Source: the human T2T-CHM13v2.0 reference genome, Homo sapiens
DNA: 64,000 bases
Strand: one strand, 5' to 3'
NCBI RefSeq assembly: GCF_009914755.1
Contig: NC_060947.1
In this document: positions 33,291 through 45,605 of the stretch, piece by piece
Numbering within the stretch: position 1 is the first letter of the stretch
How the letters are laid out: each line of letters begins with the position of its first letter
Position numbers and translations under genes: made by a program
The notes under the pieces: generated by a model
Database searches by the model: none
What the model was told of the DNA's origin: nothing
What the model saw: the letters and a program-made list of their open reading frames with translations, nothing else

Positions 33291-34469
33291 ATCAATACTT
33301 GTAATTAATTATTAAATAGCGCAAGAGAAACTTTCAAAAACTAGAAACTGTGATTTCCCAAAATTTCTCAGCTCTGTTTGCTTGTTATATTCTGTTTTAC
33401 TCCAGGCATTTAACTTTTTAGATTCCCAGTGTAGGTTTCTTCAGAATCCTCATGAAACTGCTGACAGTTCAGAAGAAATAGGAAGAACAACCAAACTCAC
33501 CACATAGCATTGAGCTTAATGAATCCTCTGGTTAAAAAAATATATACCTTAAAACTTGAGAATTAAAATCATATTTCTAAAGAGGAGCCAGGTTAAAATG
33601 CATAGTTCCTTTTAGAGAACACCTAGTAACATTTTACTTCCTTTTCTTTTTTCAGTAATAACTTTTTTATATTTTTGCATTAGTAGACTTCTTGGGAATG
33701 CTGAAATTCTCAAGAGTCTTGAGTAAAGGAAAAATTAGGCTACTGTCTAAATAGATGTGATAAGGTTGTATTTTCATAATATTAAAGTGACCATAGGCAG
33801 ATACCACAAACTGCCATTATAATTTACGGTAATTACTACAATTGAATAATCATATTCTGAAAGATTGAAAGTAATAAGAATCACCATTTACTGTAAAACT
33901 GCTATGACGTAGCCAGTATAACCCATAAATTAGGTGCTTTATATATGCTAACTTATTGAACTTTCCATCAAATCTACAAGGAAAGCATGATTATTCTATC
34001 TAATCCAGGGTTGTAAGAGCAACTGTACTCGGATTGGCAAAATAGATCTATCTACAATTTTAATTAATTTAGTCTTAAGGCGTTTTCATCAGAATTAAGG
34101 GAAATATTTTAAATGCTTAAATGGTAGAGCTCTGGAGTCAAAGCTGCTTTGTTTAGGTATTCTCCCATGTTCTCTAAGATGAGGCAAAGTTGCAATTCTG
34201 TGTCACTCTGAATTTCTTCAGTTTTTAAAGTGTATTCTCTGAGTCTTCGCTCCAGGTCAGAATAACATAGATAGTTTTGTTTATAATAGATACAGATGGT
34301 CCTACCCAAGAGACTCTAATTCTGCAGCTGTGAAGGTGCCCTGAGATGTGTCCTTGGAACAGAGCTGTCATGATAAATAGCTGGTACAGAAAACAATAGT
34401 ATTACCAGAGCCAGCTGTTGATAATCTATACTCCAATTTTTGTGTAATATTTTGCACAGTCCTATGGTC

Positions 34470-35043
<574 letters not shown>

Positions 35044-35542
35044 TAGTACTTCTGGAAAAAAAGAAAGTCCCTTCAATGGATATTGTCAATATTGCTATAC
35101 CCTACCATCACCTATGCCACCAGTGTGAGGTTGTTAAAATGATAGATTATTTTGCTTTATTTTCCCACAAATTTATTGCCAGAACATATTACCCAATCTT
35201 TCTTCCAAAACATGGTTGGGATTTGTACACTGACTAAATAGAACTCTGATGCTGACATTTCTTTGATGTCTTTGCTTACATTATATTTTAAAAGGCGACG
35301 TAGACAAATTTATTAAAAATATAAGCGTTTTGTTCCTCTGTTGGCCCAGTCATAAGAGAAACTATTAGCTTAATAGATTGTCATGGAGACTAAAAATATA
35401 ATTAACATTTATATGAACATCTGCTTTGAAAGCACTGATGGAATTTTGTAGAGTGTTCAGATTGCCATTTAACATGATGATTCAGTTTTCAAACTCGGAT
35501 GGGACAACACCCCAGCTAGAAAAGATGACTCAAGAATTAGAG

Positions 35543-35690
35543 ACAGTGTTTTTCAAAGTGTGGCCGAAAGTGAACCAGGCGCTTCAAAAAATGCAAAATC
35601 ATGGGCCCCTCTCCAAGTCAGAGGGAACCTAGCGAGTCATAGGGAATCGCTGTAGACTGGGCCTGGAAACATGCATTTTCACAAGCAGGT
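35543..35690. mobile_element. MER5-like hAT MITE
   Basis: cagtgtttttcaaagtgtgg...aaaatgcaaaatcatgggccc...gggcctggaaacatgcattttcacaagc. Confidence 0.6.
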
Positions 35691-36469
35691 ACAAGGAACA
35701 TTATACTGTGAGGATGGCTGGACAGGGCAAACAGCATGGATATCATCACTGAACTTGGGCAAAGTCCCAGCTCTTTCAGTTCCTAGTTGGGCCCACGGTG
35801 CATATCCTCTTGTGTGTCACACTCCTCCTTGCTGTGACCTTTTTCTCCCTCTGTTATGTGACTATCTCCCACCTTCACAAGTTTAGTTTGCTTGTTTCCT
35901 GTTCTCCTCTTCTCAGCCAGGAAAAGCCCCTCAGTAGGTTTATTACCACCAGTCACTCACTGCGTCTATCTTCTGAACATGTGCAGAGCACTTATCCAAC
36001 TGCCAGCCCTTTGGTCATGCATCCTGTCCCATACTTCCCAGCTCAGCTTCCTGGCCTGACATGGCTTCTGGTCCTTCTCCTTGGTTATGGTTACCATCAG
36101 GTTGCTGCTAAGTCTTCTGACCTTTCAAAGGCACTGTATTGGGTATTTTGTAATTCACCCAGTTCTAGCCCTTGTACATTGAACTAAAGGAGCTCTAAAG
36201 TTTTATTTCAAAGCAAGACTTCAGTGCCAAACTTCTAGCCTCTGCTCGTTTTCTACTCGGCAGCTCCATTCCAGCTCTCTTCCCACATACCCTGATTCCC
36301 ACTGCCAATGCCTCTCCATACGGCTCCAGTCCCACAATGTAGGGCAGAAGAGATCACATGATTCATGAGTGGCTGTCATGGATCAGGGATGCCTTCACAA
36401 GTAGCACAATTTAAGCCTGGCTTTGGAGGACAAGTGGGATTTCCACAGGCAGATATAAAGGGACTAGAC

Positions 36470-36615
36470 ATTTCCAGTGGTGCTTATTTAAAGTGCAGAT
36501 ACTTGCACCTCTCCTCAAATCTACTGATTCAGAATTCTAAGGGTGAGGCCAGATGATCTGCATTTTTATAAACTTCATGGGCATTTCTGTTGAATATAAT
36601 GATTGATAACACTGT
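36470..36615. mobile_element. MER5-like hAT MITE
   Basis: aagtgcagat...ctactgattcagaattct...atctgcattttt. Confidence 0.6.
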
Positions 36616-36849
36616 TCTAGCTGACAAGTATTTTTAGAGGCTATAGCAGGGCATAAGAGCACTGATATTACAAAATACTGAGAGCTGATAAAGTAGATAA
36701 TATTTAAACTTATCAAAATAACTAAAGCCCTGTCCTGATCTTAAGGCAGTCTTTAGTCTTTGATGAGAATGCAAATTTTTGATGAATTTATATATCTATT
36801 TATATATATATATAGACACACACATATATACATATACATAAACATAAAT

Positions 36850-38215
36850 ACATAAATAGCTAGATACATGAATATTGATACACATGCATATGTGGAATAG
36901 TGTAAAAATATATATTTTGAGTTCCTGGGAACAATCATACCCTAGTAGTCACCAGCACATTCATTGTTCAGATCTTTGATTCTAAATACCATTCTCCAAT
37001 AAAAGAAACTAGGGTTCCTTGGAGAAATGGCTGATTCCAGGAATGGAAGAGTAAAAATAAAAGATTAACTTGAAGAATCTTATTGTGCCAACAACAACAA
37101 AAAAGGCTTGAAAATTAAACGATAAGGGCATGTCCAAATGACACAAAAGCCAACCTGAAAGAGTTCCCAATTGCCAAGACTGAAACAATGTAAGAAACAT
37201 AGTAATCAACAATATTATTGGCATATAACCCTAATAATAAATATCCATGAGTCCATACTGCAATTAATAAATGTTTTAATAATTAAGTAAATGGGGAAAA
37301 TGGGCAGATATTCTTTGTAGGATAATTCTGACTAATAAATGTAGAAAGAATGGGAGAAATAGGAAAGCACCATTAAAACACCACAGTGATAATTACCACA
37401 GGCAAGATCCACAGGTGAATGATGCAATCAATAGGGAAAACTTTGAGAAACATTTTGTTTGCATAGCCTCAAAATACTCCCCCCAACACAAAAATATTTA
37501 CTAACTTCTGTAGTGGTTTGAACATACACTCCAAATATATCTGATACTCCTCCCCAAAGGAGGTAGAACTTAATTCACCTTCCTTGAATATGTACTGGAC
37601 TTAGTGTCTCCCTTCTAATAAAGTATAGAAAGAGAAAAATGTAATTTTACATTGGACGATTCAGGTAAACATCATCTAAAGTAAGTATCAAGTTTAGCTT
37701 CACAAATAATAATTAATTTTGATAGGTAAACCAAATATAATGTGACAGCAAAGGAGATATTCCATCTCTGTTCTTGTTCCCAATAATCTATAATGTCAGG
37801 CTAATCATAAGACAACACCAGACAAATTGAAAATTGAGTAACACTGTATTAAATACCTAACCATTATTCTTCAAAAGTTTCACAGTCATGAAAGACATGG
37901 AAAGACTGAGGAAGTATCACAGATTGGAAGAGGCTAAGGAGACATGTCAACCAAATGTAAAATGGGACACTGGATTAGATCTTTGAACAAAGAAAGGGCA
38001 CTAGTAAAATTTTAAAAAACTAGTATAATATGAATAGTTTGCTGTTTAGTTAATAGCAACATACCACTGCTAAATTCTTAGTTTTGATAAATGTACCCTG
38101 ATTATGTAAGCTTCTGTTAAAGTTAACAGAAGCTGGGCAAAGAGTATACAGGAATTTTGTATGCTGTCTTTACAACTCTCATGTAAACCTACAATTATTT
38201 TGAAATAAAAAGCTA
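36850..38215 (+). mobile_element. L1MC3/4-like 3'UTR
   Basis: tctaaataccattctccaataaaag...ccttggagaaatggctgattcc...aaatatccatgagtccatactg. Confidence 0.8.
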
Positions 38216-38475
38216 AAAAAGCATTATAAGCCAATGATGCAATAGACTACTTCTCAGTAATTAAAAAAAAACTATTGATGCATGCAACAACATGGATGGA
38301 TTTTCTTTTTATTGTTGTTGTTATTTTTATTTTTTATTTATTTTACTTCAAGTTCTGGGATACATGTGCTGAACGTGGAGGTATGTTACCTAGGTATACA
38401 TGTGCCATGGTGGTTTGCTGCACCTATCAACCCATCATCTAGGTTTTAAGCCCTGCATACATGTAGGACAAATAC

Positions 38476-38574
38476 ATGTTATCTAGTTGAGGGATTCACT
38501 GTAGAGAGGTGAAGATCCCCTCAGTCTTTAACTTAAGAGGTGAATGCTGGGTAGCTTTACAGTGATATTATAGT
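38476..38574 (-). other. NUMT: ancient mitochondrial fragment (COII 3' end/spacer, tRNA-Lys, ATP8 5' end)
   Basis: Minus strand actataatat-CACTGTAAAGCT...ACAGTGA-atccctcaactagata follows the mtDNA order COII-K-ATP8; human ATP8 begins ATGCCCCAACTAAATAC. Confidence 0.88.
38496..38564 (-). pseudogene. MT-TK: Mitochondrial tRNA-Lys pseudogene (MT-TK-like, 69 nt, anticodon now CTT)
   Basis: cactgtaaagctacccagcattcacctcttaagttaaagactgaggggatcttcacctctctacagtga; 7-bp acceptor stem cactgta/tacagtg; similar to human CACTGTAAAGCTAACTTAGCATTAACCTTTTAAGTTAAAGATTAAGAGAACCAACACCTCTTTACAGTGA. Confidence 0.88.
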
Positions 38575-38718
38575 GCATTAGGACAAATACCTAATGCATG
38601 CAGAGCTTAAAACCTAGATGACGGGTTGATAGGTGCAGCAAACCACCATGGCACACCAAGATCTGTGCTTAATGAAAGAAGCCAGACCCAGAAGAAAATT
38701 CCATTGATAAGAAGTTCT

Positions 38719-38952
38719 GCAATGAGAACACATGGACACAGGGAGGGTAACATCACACACCAGGGCCTGTCAGGGGGTGGGGGACAAGGGGAGGGAGAGC
38801 ATTAGGACAAATAACTAAAGCATGCGGGGCTCAAAACTTAGATGACGGGTTGATAGCTGCAGCAAACCACCAGGGCACATGTATACCTATGTAACAAACC
38901 TGCACGTTCTGCACATATATGTCAGAACTTAAAATAAAAAATAAATAAACAA
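38719..38952 (+). mobile_element. L1PA7/8 5'-truncated 3'UTR insertion
   Basis: L1 3'UTR plus A tail; TSD ataagaagttct at 38707-38718 and 38953-38964. Confidence 0.92.
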
Positions 38953-40949
38953 ATAAGAAGTTCTAGAACAGGTTAAATAATATGTATTTATGGAAATCAG
39001 AATAGTGGTTGCTGTTGGGGGTGAGAATTGATTGAATAAAAATAAGAGAGAACTTTCAGGGGTGATTGGAATGTTTTATATCTTGATTCAAGTGCTGGTT
39101 ACATGTGTGCTTATGTCTGTCAGGAGGGATCATCTGTTCTCGTGGGATATTTGAATTTCACTTTATGTAAATAGTATATCCTTAGAATGGATTAGATGCC
39201 TTGCTTTTAGCAAAATGTGAACCCTACAAAGTGTTAGGATGGTTGAAATTGATATTTATTGCCGTATCTTGCCTGTAAGTCAATTTTTTAACATCAATTA
39301 GTAAGCATCATCTACTCTCCACAATTTCTATATTGTTGGTCAATAGAAAATAGACTCCCATGGCAGTATTCACACTTCACCAGTCTATTGAACTTATTTC
39401 AACTACGTGTATTCTATTGTGTTTCCACTCTCAGGCTCATTCATGGATTTCTATTCAGATGAATGCTTTCTGAGCATTCATTTCATTTCTTTTAATTTTT
39501 TCCCTCATAGCCCTATTGTAATCTATCTTACCAAATAATTGCTTTATCCACCAAATCATTATAATAAAATGTCAAGTTCACTTGGCTAACTGTATATCGA
39601 AAGTCACCATCATTTGCAATAGTTTGTGCAAGAATTATGTTAGGAGACTAAGGAGTTTCATATATATGACACATATTCAGGCCATAACGGCCTTGCAAAT
39701 TTTAGCTTTTCAGTTAAATAGTTGTGTATGTGAGGATGCCATGCTTTTTTAAATATGGTACAATAAAACCACATTGTAAGATGCAGTAAATCAGCATCAT
39801 TATTATTTACATTCTTATGTGCACTTGAAAATATCTCAATAGAATGTTGCAATGACTCAGCAACAATAGGAATCATGACATTTCTTTGACAATTTAATTT
39901 TAATGTGTCATTAATTTTCAGATATGCGTTTAGTTAAAAGCAATTAATGCTTAATTGCAGCATAACCTGAATAATTTAGAAATGCAAATTAGTACAGAAA
40001 GCAAACGTGTGTGTTCATTAATTTCTTTGATATCACCATCTGTTTAATTTAAAAATTGCATTTTGCTGAATGACAGCTTGCTAACTGTATAAATGGTTTT
40101 CTGAATGGAAAATATCTATTGCAATGGAGGTCAGCATCTGATAAAATTTAAGTTTGTACATAATTGTGTTATATAAACAAATTAGACTATTTTCGAATTT
40201 GAGAAAATTTATGAGAAATTTATTGAGAATTTATGAGTTTTTTTATTTTTGAGAAATTTTTGACAAAATTATTGACAATATATATAATTTTATATAGTAG
40301 AAAACATAACTTTATCATTTAAAGAAAAATACTGCTCATTAGACAAAATACAACAATTATAATGCACTGCTGCAATTTTAAACTTTAGGATTTTCAGTTA
40401 CTTTATTATTTGTTTTCCTTTTGTTTTTATTTTTGCATAATTAATTTTTATGTATTTATTAAATTATAACTAGAAAGTGGATATTAAAATTTTAAACCTG
40501 GAAGGAAGAAAGAGCAATAAGTGGTTTTAGATTCTTGTGATTTTAAAACTATAGATTATGTAATTGAAGATATTTGAAACCTTGTGGAAATTATTCATAC
40601 CTTGGGGATTCTTTCTAACTCATACTCTTTTAAGAATCAAAGTAGAAATAAATTGTCTTGCAGGTTTGTGATGTATAAAATAGGGGGATTTTTTGAAAAG
40701 AACCCAGAAGCATTAAACAGAAGCAGATATTTCTTATCAGTGCTGTATTGTGTATCATTGATCTTGTTAATGTTATAAAACAATCAGAGTTTTAAAATTA
40801 CTATGAAATTAGAACATGCATATTATAAAAATTGACATAGCAAATACACATAAATTAGATCAAGTCCATAAAAATGTCACCATACATATTATACATGTAG
40901 TATGCGTATATGTGTATGTGTGCACATGCACATGGACAGAGGGTTGTTG

Positions 40950-41530
40950 TTTTTTATTTTTTCACTTGATGTAATTTGGAGAGATATTTAACTACCAGCT
41001 CATATATTTCTATGTCATTTCTCAATAGTATTCTATTGTATGGAAGTTTCAAAATTTATAGCTAGTATTTTATTGATGAGACATTTACTTGTTTCCATTT
41101 TTCCATTACAAAGATGCAATAAATAACATTTATGGGTAAACATTCATGCATGTGTGCTGGTATATCTATAGAATAATCCCCCCAAAAAAGTAAATTACTG
41201 GGGCAAATGGTACAATGGATTTAACATTTCGGTAGCTATTCAAGAGTTTTTCTACACAGTGCTAGCAACAATATAAACACCTATCGATAGGAAATAATAA
41301 CATTTTCCCCCCAACCTTGCTGACATTAGACATTTTCAAGCATCTCAATTTTTGCCTGTGTAAGAAATGGAAAATGTATCTCATCATTGCTTTAATTTTT
41401 TTATTTAATTATGAATGAGGCTGATCATGTTTATTGGCCACATATTTCTTTGTGTGTAAATGTAGCTGTACTTTGTTTTTCTAATTGGGATTTTTACTTA
41501 TTGTTTTGTAGGACTGTTTTACGTGTTTTC
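40950..41530 (-). mobile_element. Old L1ME 3' fragment
   Basis: tagtattctattgtatgg...tattgatgagacattt...gcaataaataacat...aattactgggg. Confidence 0.6.
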
Positions 41531-42433
41531 TTTTTTTTTCTTATGACTCGATCCTCTAAAAACGTAGACTCTTCATTTAAAAAAATAAAGGCAAAATCTT
41601 CAGTTGGTGTCAATTGTCAAAATTCATGCACCCAATTTTTCCTACAAGCTATGTTTGGTAAGTCTTTGCTGTGTATACTTTAGAATTTACTTTCTGTATT
41701 AGCATAGAGAGGAAAGATAAAATGATTTGAATCTAATTATTATTCAGTATGCAATGTGGAGAAAATAATATATATAATATTTCATATTAAATATGTATGC
41801 TTATATAAATTCATATATATGTATTTACATATATATGTATGTATTAACATATGAGTTCCATCTAGGAATAAATCTATTCTGTATCCTATAATTCCTATAT
41901 CTGCAGTTTTTGATGATTTTAATCTGCAATTCATTTCTGCTAATTCTTTTCTAACTTGTCATATTTTCTCTTGTGCTTTTAAATTTTTACTTGTATTTGC
42001 CTTTACTTTATTTTTTAAAATCAGTGTGGACACTTTGCGGTATGTTTTATCAAAGAGAAGCTGCATTAACTACATCCACATAGTGGATGTAATACCTGGG
42101 AGCACAGCCCACTCAGGACCTATTTAAATTAAATTTTGATGTAGATGTTCCTTGAAGGGATGGACAAATAGAGTGAATTCTAGTTCCAAATCCGTGTGAG
42201 GATTAGCTCATGGTTAAGATTTTAATGTGTCTCCTTTACGTAGAACCAAGCCTGAGATATGAAAGTGTCTCCACCATCTGGTTTTGTGGGATGGGTTTTG
42301 AAAAGTCACCTAGATTTCTAAGTCAGCAGTAGAGAATGGTTTCTCCAGATAACTAGTGTGGCCTCCTGTCTAGTATGTCTTTGTTCCTTGTCTTATGCAT
42401 TTTAGTGCACGGTTAGGATTTCTGAGTATATAT

Positions 42434-42804
42434 TGATATGGTTTGGCTTTGTATCCCATCCAAATCTCATCTTGAATTGTAATCCCATAATCCCCACATG
42501 TCATGGGAGAGACCTGGTGGGAGGTAATTGAATCATGGGGACGGTTACCCCCATGCTGTTCTCATGATAGTGAGTGAGTTCTCAGGAGTCCCCATGGTTT
42601 TATAAGGGGCTCCTCCCTTTGCTTGGCACTTATCCTTCCTGCCATCATGAAAAGAAGGACGTGTTTTCTTCACCTTCTGCCATGATTGTAAGTTTCCTGA
42701 GGGCCTCCTTAGCCCTGCTTAACTTGTGAGTCAATTAAACTTCTTTCCTTTATAAAGTACCCAGTCTTGGGTACTTATTAGCAGCTTGAGAAGGAACTAA
42801 TACA
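42434..42804 (+). mobile_element. THE1D-like MaLR solo LTR
   Basis: tgatatggtttggct...actaataca termini; gagtcaattaaac poly-A signal region; TSD tatat/tatac. Confidence 0.9.
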
Positions 42805-43335
42805 TATACTAAACAGAGACAGAACAATTTTGGGATTTTTTGGGGGTACTCTGTGAGTTTTCTTTTAAAGTCATAATTGTAAAAGGTGTGTTTAAGGTAA
42901 AACACAAATATATGCTCATTCTGTTTTTGATAAAGCTCGAGATACAAGCTCATGTGAAATATTTAGTCTATATAAGTAAAATAGTTTAAGCTCTTGGCCT
43001 CCTGCTAATATATGCTTTAAGATGTTTTAAACTATCATAATGTTCATATAATTACATATCAGAATTCTAGGATGCCTGTCTACAGGAATATCAATCTTTT
43101 AAAATAGTACTTAATATTATATTATTAATGTTTCCTGTATAGCTACATCAAATTTTTATTTGTTGAGTTCTCATTCAAGGAAAATAATATTTTACTGAAA
43201 TAAATTGAAGAGTGATGAATTGAGGCAGTATATATTAATATATTATACAGAATATGACATAAATTTGACTGGGAATGACACAATCATAGTCTTTTTTTCT
43301 TTTTAAACATCCTTTATGTGATCACGGTTGCTGAC

Positions 43336-43352
43336 TTCACTAGATGGCAATA
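43336..43352 (+). promoter_or_regulatory. Candidate CTCF-binding motif
   Basis: ttCACTAGATGGCAata matches the CTCF core C(C)ACTAGATGGC in non-repeat DNA. Confidence 0.45.
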
Positions 43353-43919
43353 TTGCATTACATGTACATTAAAAATAAACACATCTATAAAATCACAGTC
43401 CTCCTCTTCTGAGAAAATGATGCTCACAGAGAAGTTTAAACATATTTTCTGTCCACATTTTTCAACCTTATTTGAATTTACGACAAAAAAATTCTGGTTT
43501 TCAACTCTATAAAAGCCAATATACCTAAATTCTTATGTCTTTGTTTTTATTCGTATTCAATATTCAAGTTCCTTGAACTTTCCCTCTGATCACACTGTTT
43601 TGGTGTGAATGTCAAACTGACACATTATTAGTGGCATGACATTATTATGCTGCTCAGGAAAAATATTTTCTTTTTAAAAACTGCTTTAAGCTAACTATCC
43701 CGAGCCACCTGATGGTTTTCCTCATCTATCCTGAATCTCTCTGCATTTAAAACAGATGACTTTCCTTAATAAGGCTCTCATTTCTTGGCTTTTATGAGAA
43801 TACAAGCTTGTGACTTCTTCTTTCTACTGCTATTCAATTATTTTGCTCATTTTTTCCTCCTCTAACTTACAGTTTAAAGTTCCAAACTTTCCTCAAGTGA
43901 TGGTATCTATTTTTATGAG

Positions 43920-45605
43920 TTTACTTTATTTCTTTTTTACTTGTAAGTTCAGAGGTACATGTGCAAAATGTGCATGTTTGTTACATACGTAAACGTGTTA
44001 CGTGGGAGTTTGTTGTACAGATTATTTCATCACCAACATGTTAAGACTAGTATTCATTAGTTATTTTTCCTGATTCTCTCCCTCCTCCCACCATCCACCC
44101 TCTGATAGGCCCACCTGTGTCCACGCGTTCTCATCATTTAGCTCCCACTTATAAGTGAGAACATGCAGTATTTCGTTTTCTGTTTCTGTGTTAGTGTGCT
44201 AAGTATAATGGCCTCCAGCTCCATGCACATCCCTGCAAAGAACATGATCTCTTGATTTTCTATGGCTGCATAGTATTCCATGGTGTATATGTATCACATT
44301 TTCTTTATCCAGTCTACCTTTGATGGGCATTTAGATTGATTTCTTCTATTTGCTATTGTGAATAGTGCTGCAGTGAACATGCACGTTCATGTGTCTTTAT
44401 CATAGAACAATTTATACTCCATTGGGTACAGACCCAGTAATGGGATTACTGGGTCGAATAGTATTTCTGCCTTTAGGTCTTTGAGGACTAGTCACACTGT
44501 CTTCCAAAGCATTGCTTTTTCTTCACAATCTCGCCAGCATCTGTTAAATTTTTGACTTTTTAATAATCGCCATTCTGACTGGCATAAGATGATATCTCAT
44601 TGTGGTTTTGATTTGGATTTCTGTAATGATTAGTAATGTTGAGCTTAAATATGATTGTCAGCCACATGTATGTCTTTTTTTGAAAAGTGTCTGTTTGTGT
44701 TCTTTGCCCAATTTTTAATGGGGTTGTTTGTTTTTCTCTTGTAAATTGATTCAAGTTTCTTATAGATGGTGGATATTAGACCTGTTTCAGATGCATAGTT
44801 TGCAAAAATGTTCTCTCATTCTGTAGGTTGTCTGTTTACTCTGTTGATAGTTTCTTTTGCTGTGCAGAAATTTGTTAGTGTAAATAGATCCTATTTGTCC
44901 ATTTTTGCTTTTTTTTGCAATTACCTTTTGGCATCTTCATCATGAAATCTTTGCCCATGCCTATGTCCTGAATGGTATTGCCTCAGTTGTCTTCCAGGGT
45001 TTTTATAGTTTTGAGTTTTATATTTAAGTCTTTAATTCATCTCGAATTAATTTTTGTATATGATGTAACGAAGGGGTCCAGTTTTAATCTTCTGTGTTTG
45101 GTTAGCCAGTTATTCCAGCACCATATATTATATAGGGAATTCTTTTCCTTTTACTTGTTTTTGTCAGATTTGTCAAAGATCAGATAGTTGTAGATATGTG
45201 GTATTATTTCTGAGTTCTTTATTCTGTTCCATTGGTCTATATGTCTGTTTTTGTATCAGTACCATGCTCTTTTGTTTACTGTAGCCCTGTAGTATAGTTT
45301 GAAGTCAGGTAGCGTGATGCCTCCAGCTTTGTTCTTTTTGCTAAGGATTGTCTTGGCTATACAGGCTCAAAATAACGGGATGGAGGAATAATTACCAAGC
45401 AAATGGAAAGAAAAAAAAAGCAGGGCTTGCAATCCTAGTCTTGATAAAACAGACTTTAAACCAACAAAGACAAAAAAAGATAAAGAAGGGCATTACTTAA
45501 TGGTAAAGGGATCAATGCAACAAGAAGAGCTAACTATCCTAAATATATGTGCACCCAATACAAGAGCACCCAGATTCATAAAGCAAGTTCTTAGAGACCT
45601 ACAAG
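43920..45605 (-). mobile_element. Older L1PA (PA8-PA13 range) 3' part with an inverted endonuclease-region segment
   Basis: Minus 3'UTR/ORF2 to ~45368, then plus-strand EN-coding sequence 45363-45605; aggctc shared at the junction. Confidence 0.85.

Larger units (their letters stand above)
38303..38655. mobile_element. Composite L1PA7/8 3'UTR insertion: minus arm 38303-38462, plus arm 38575-38655, enclosing a NUMT
   Basis: Poly-T plus antisense L1 3' end; plus arm gcattaggacaaatacctaatgcatg...accatggcaca. Confidence 0.88.
38230..39180 (+). mobile_element. Old L1ME 3' end, host of two L1PA7/8 insertions
   Basis: gcaacaacatggatg...tgaaagaagccagac...gaaatcagaatagtggttgc resumes across the insertions. 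Confidence 0.7.

Noticed and set aside
40195-40280. Degenerate (tgagaaattta)n repeats, superficially CRISPR-like
   Set aside because: No spacers; human low-complexity tandem repeat.
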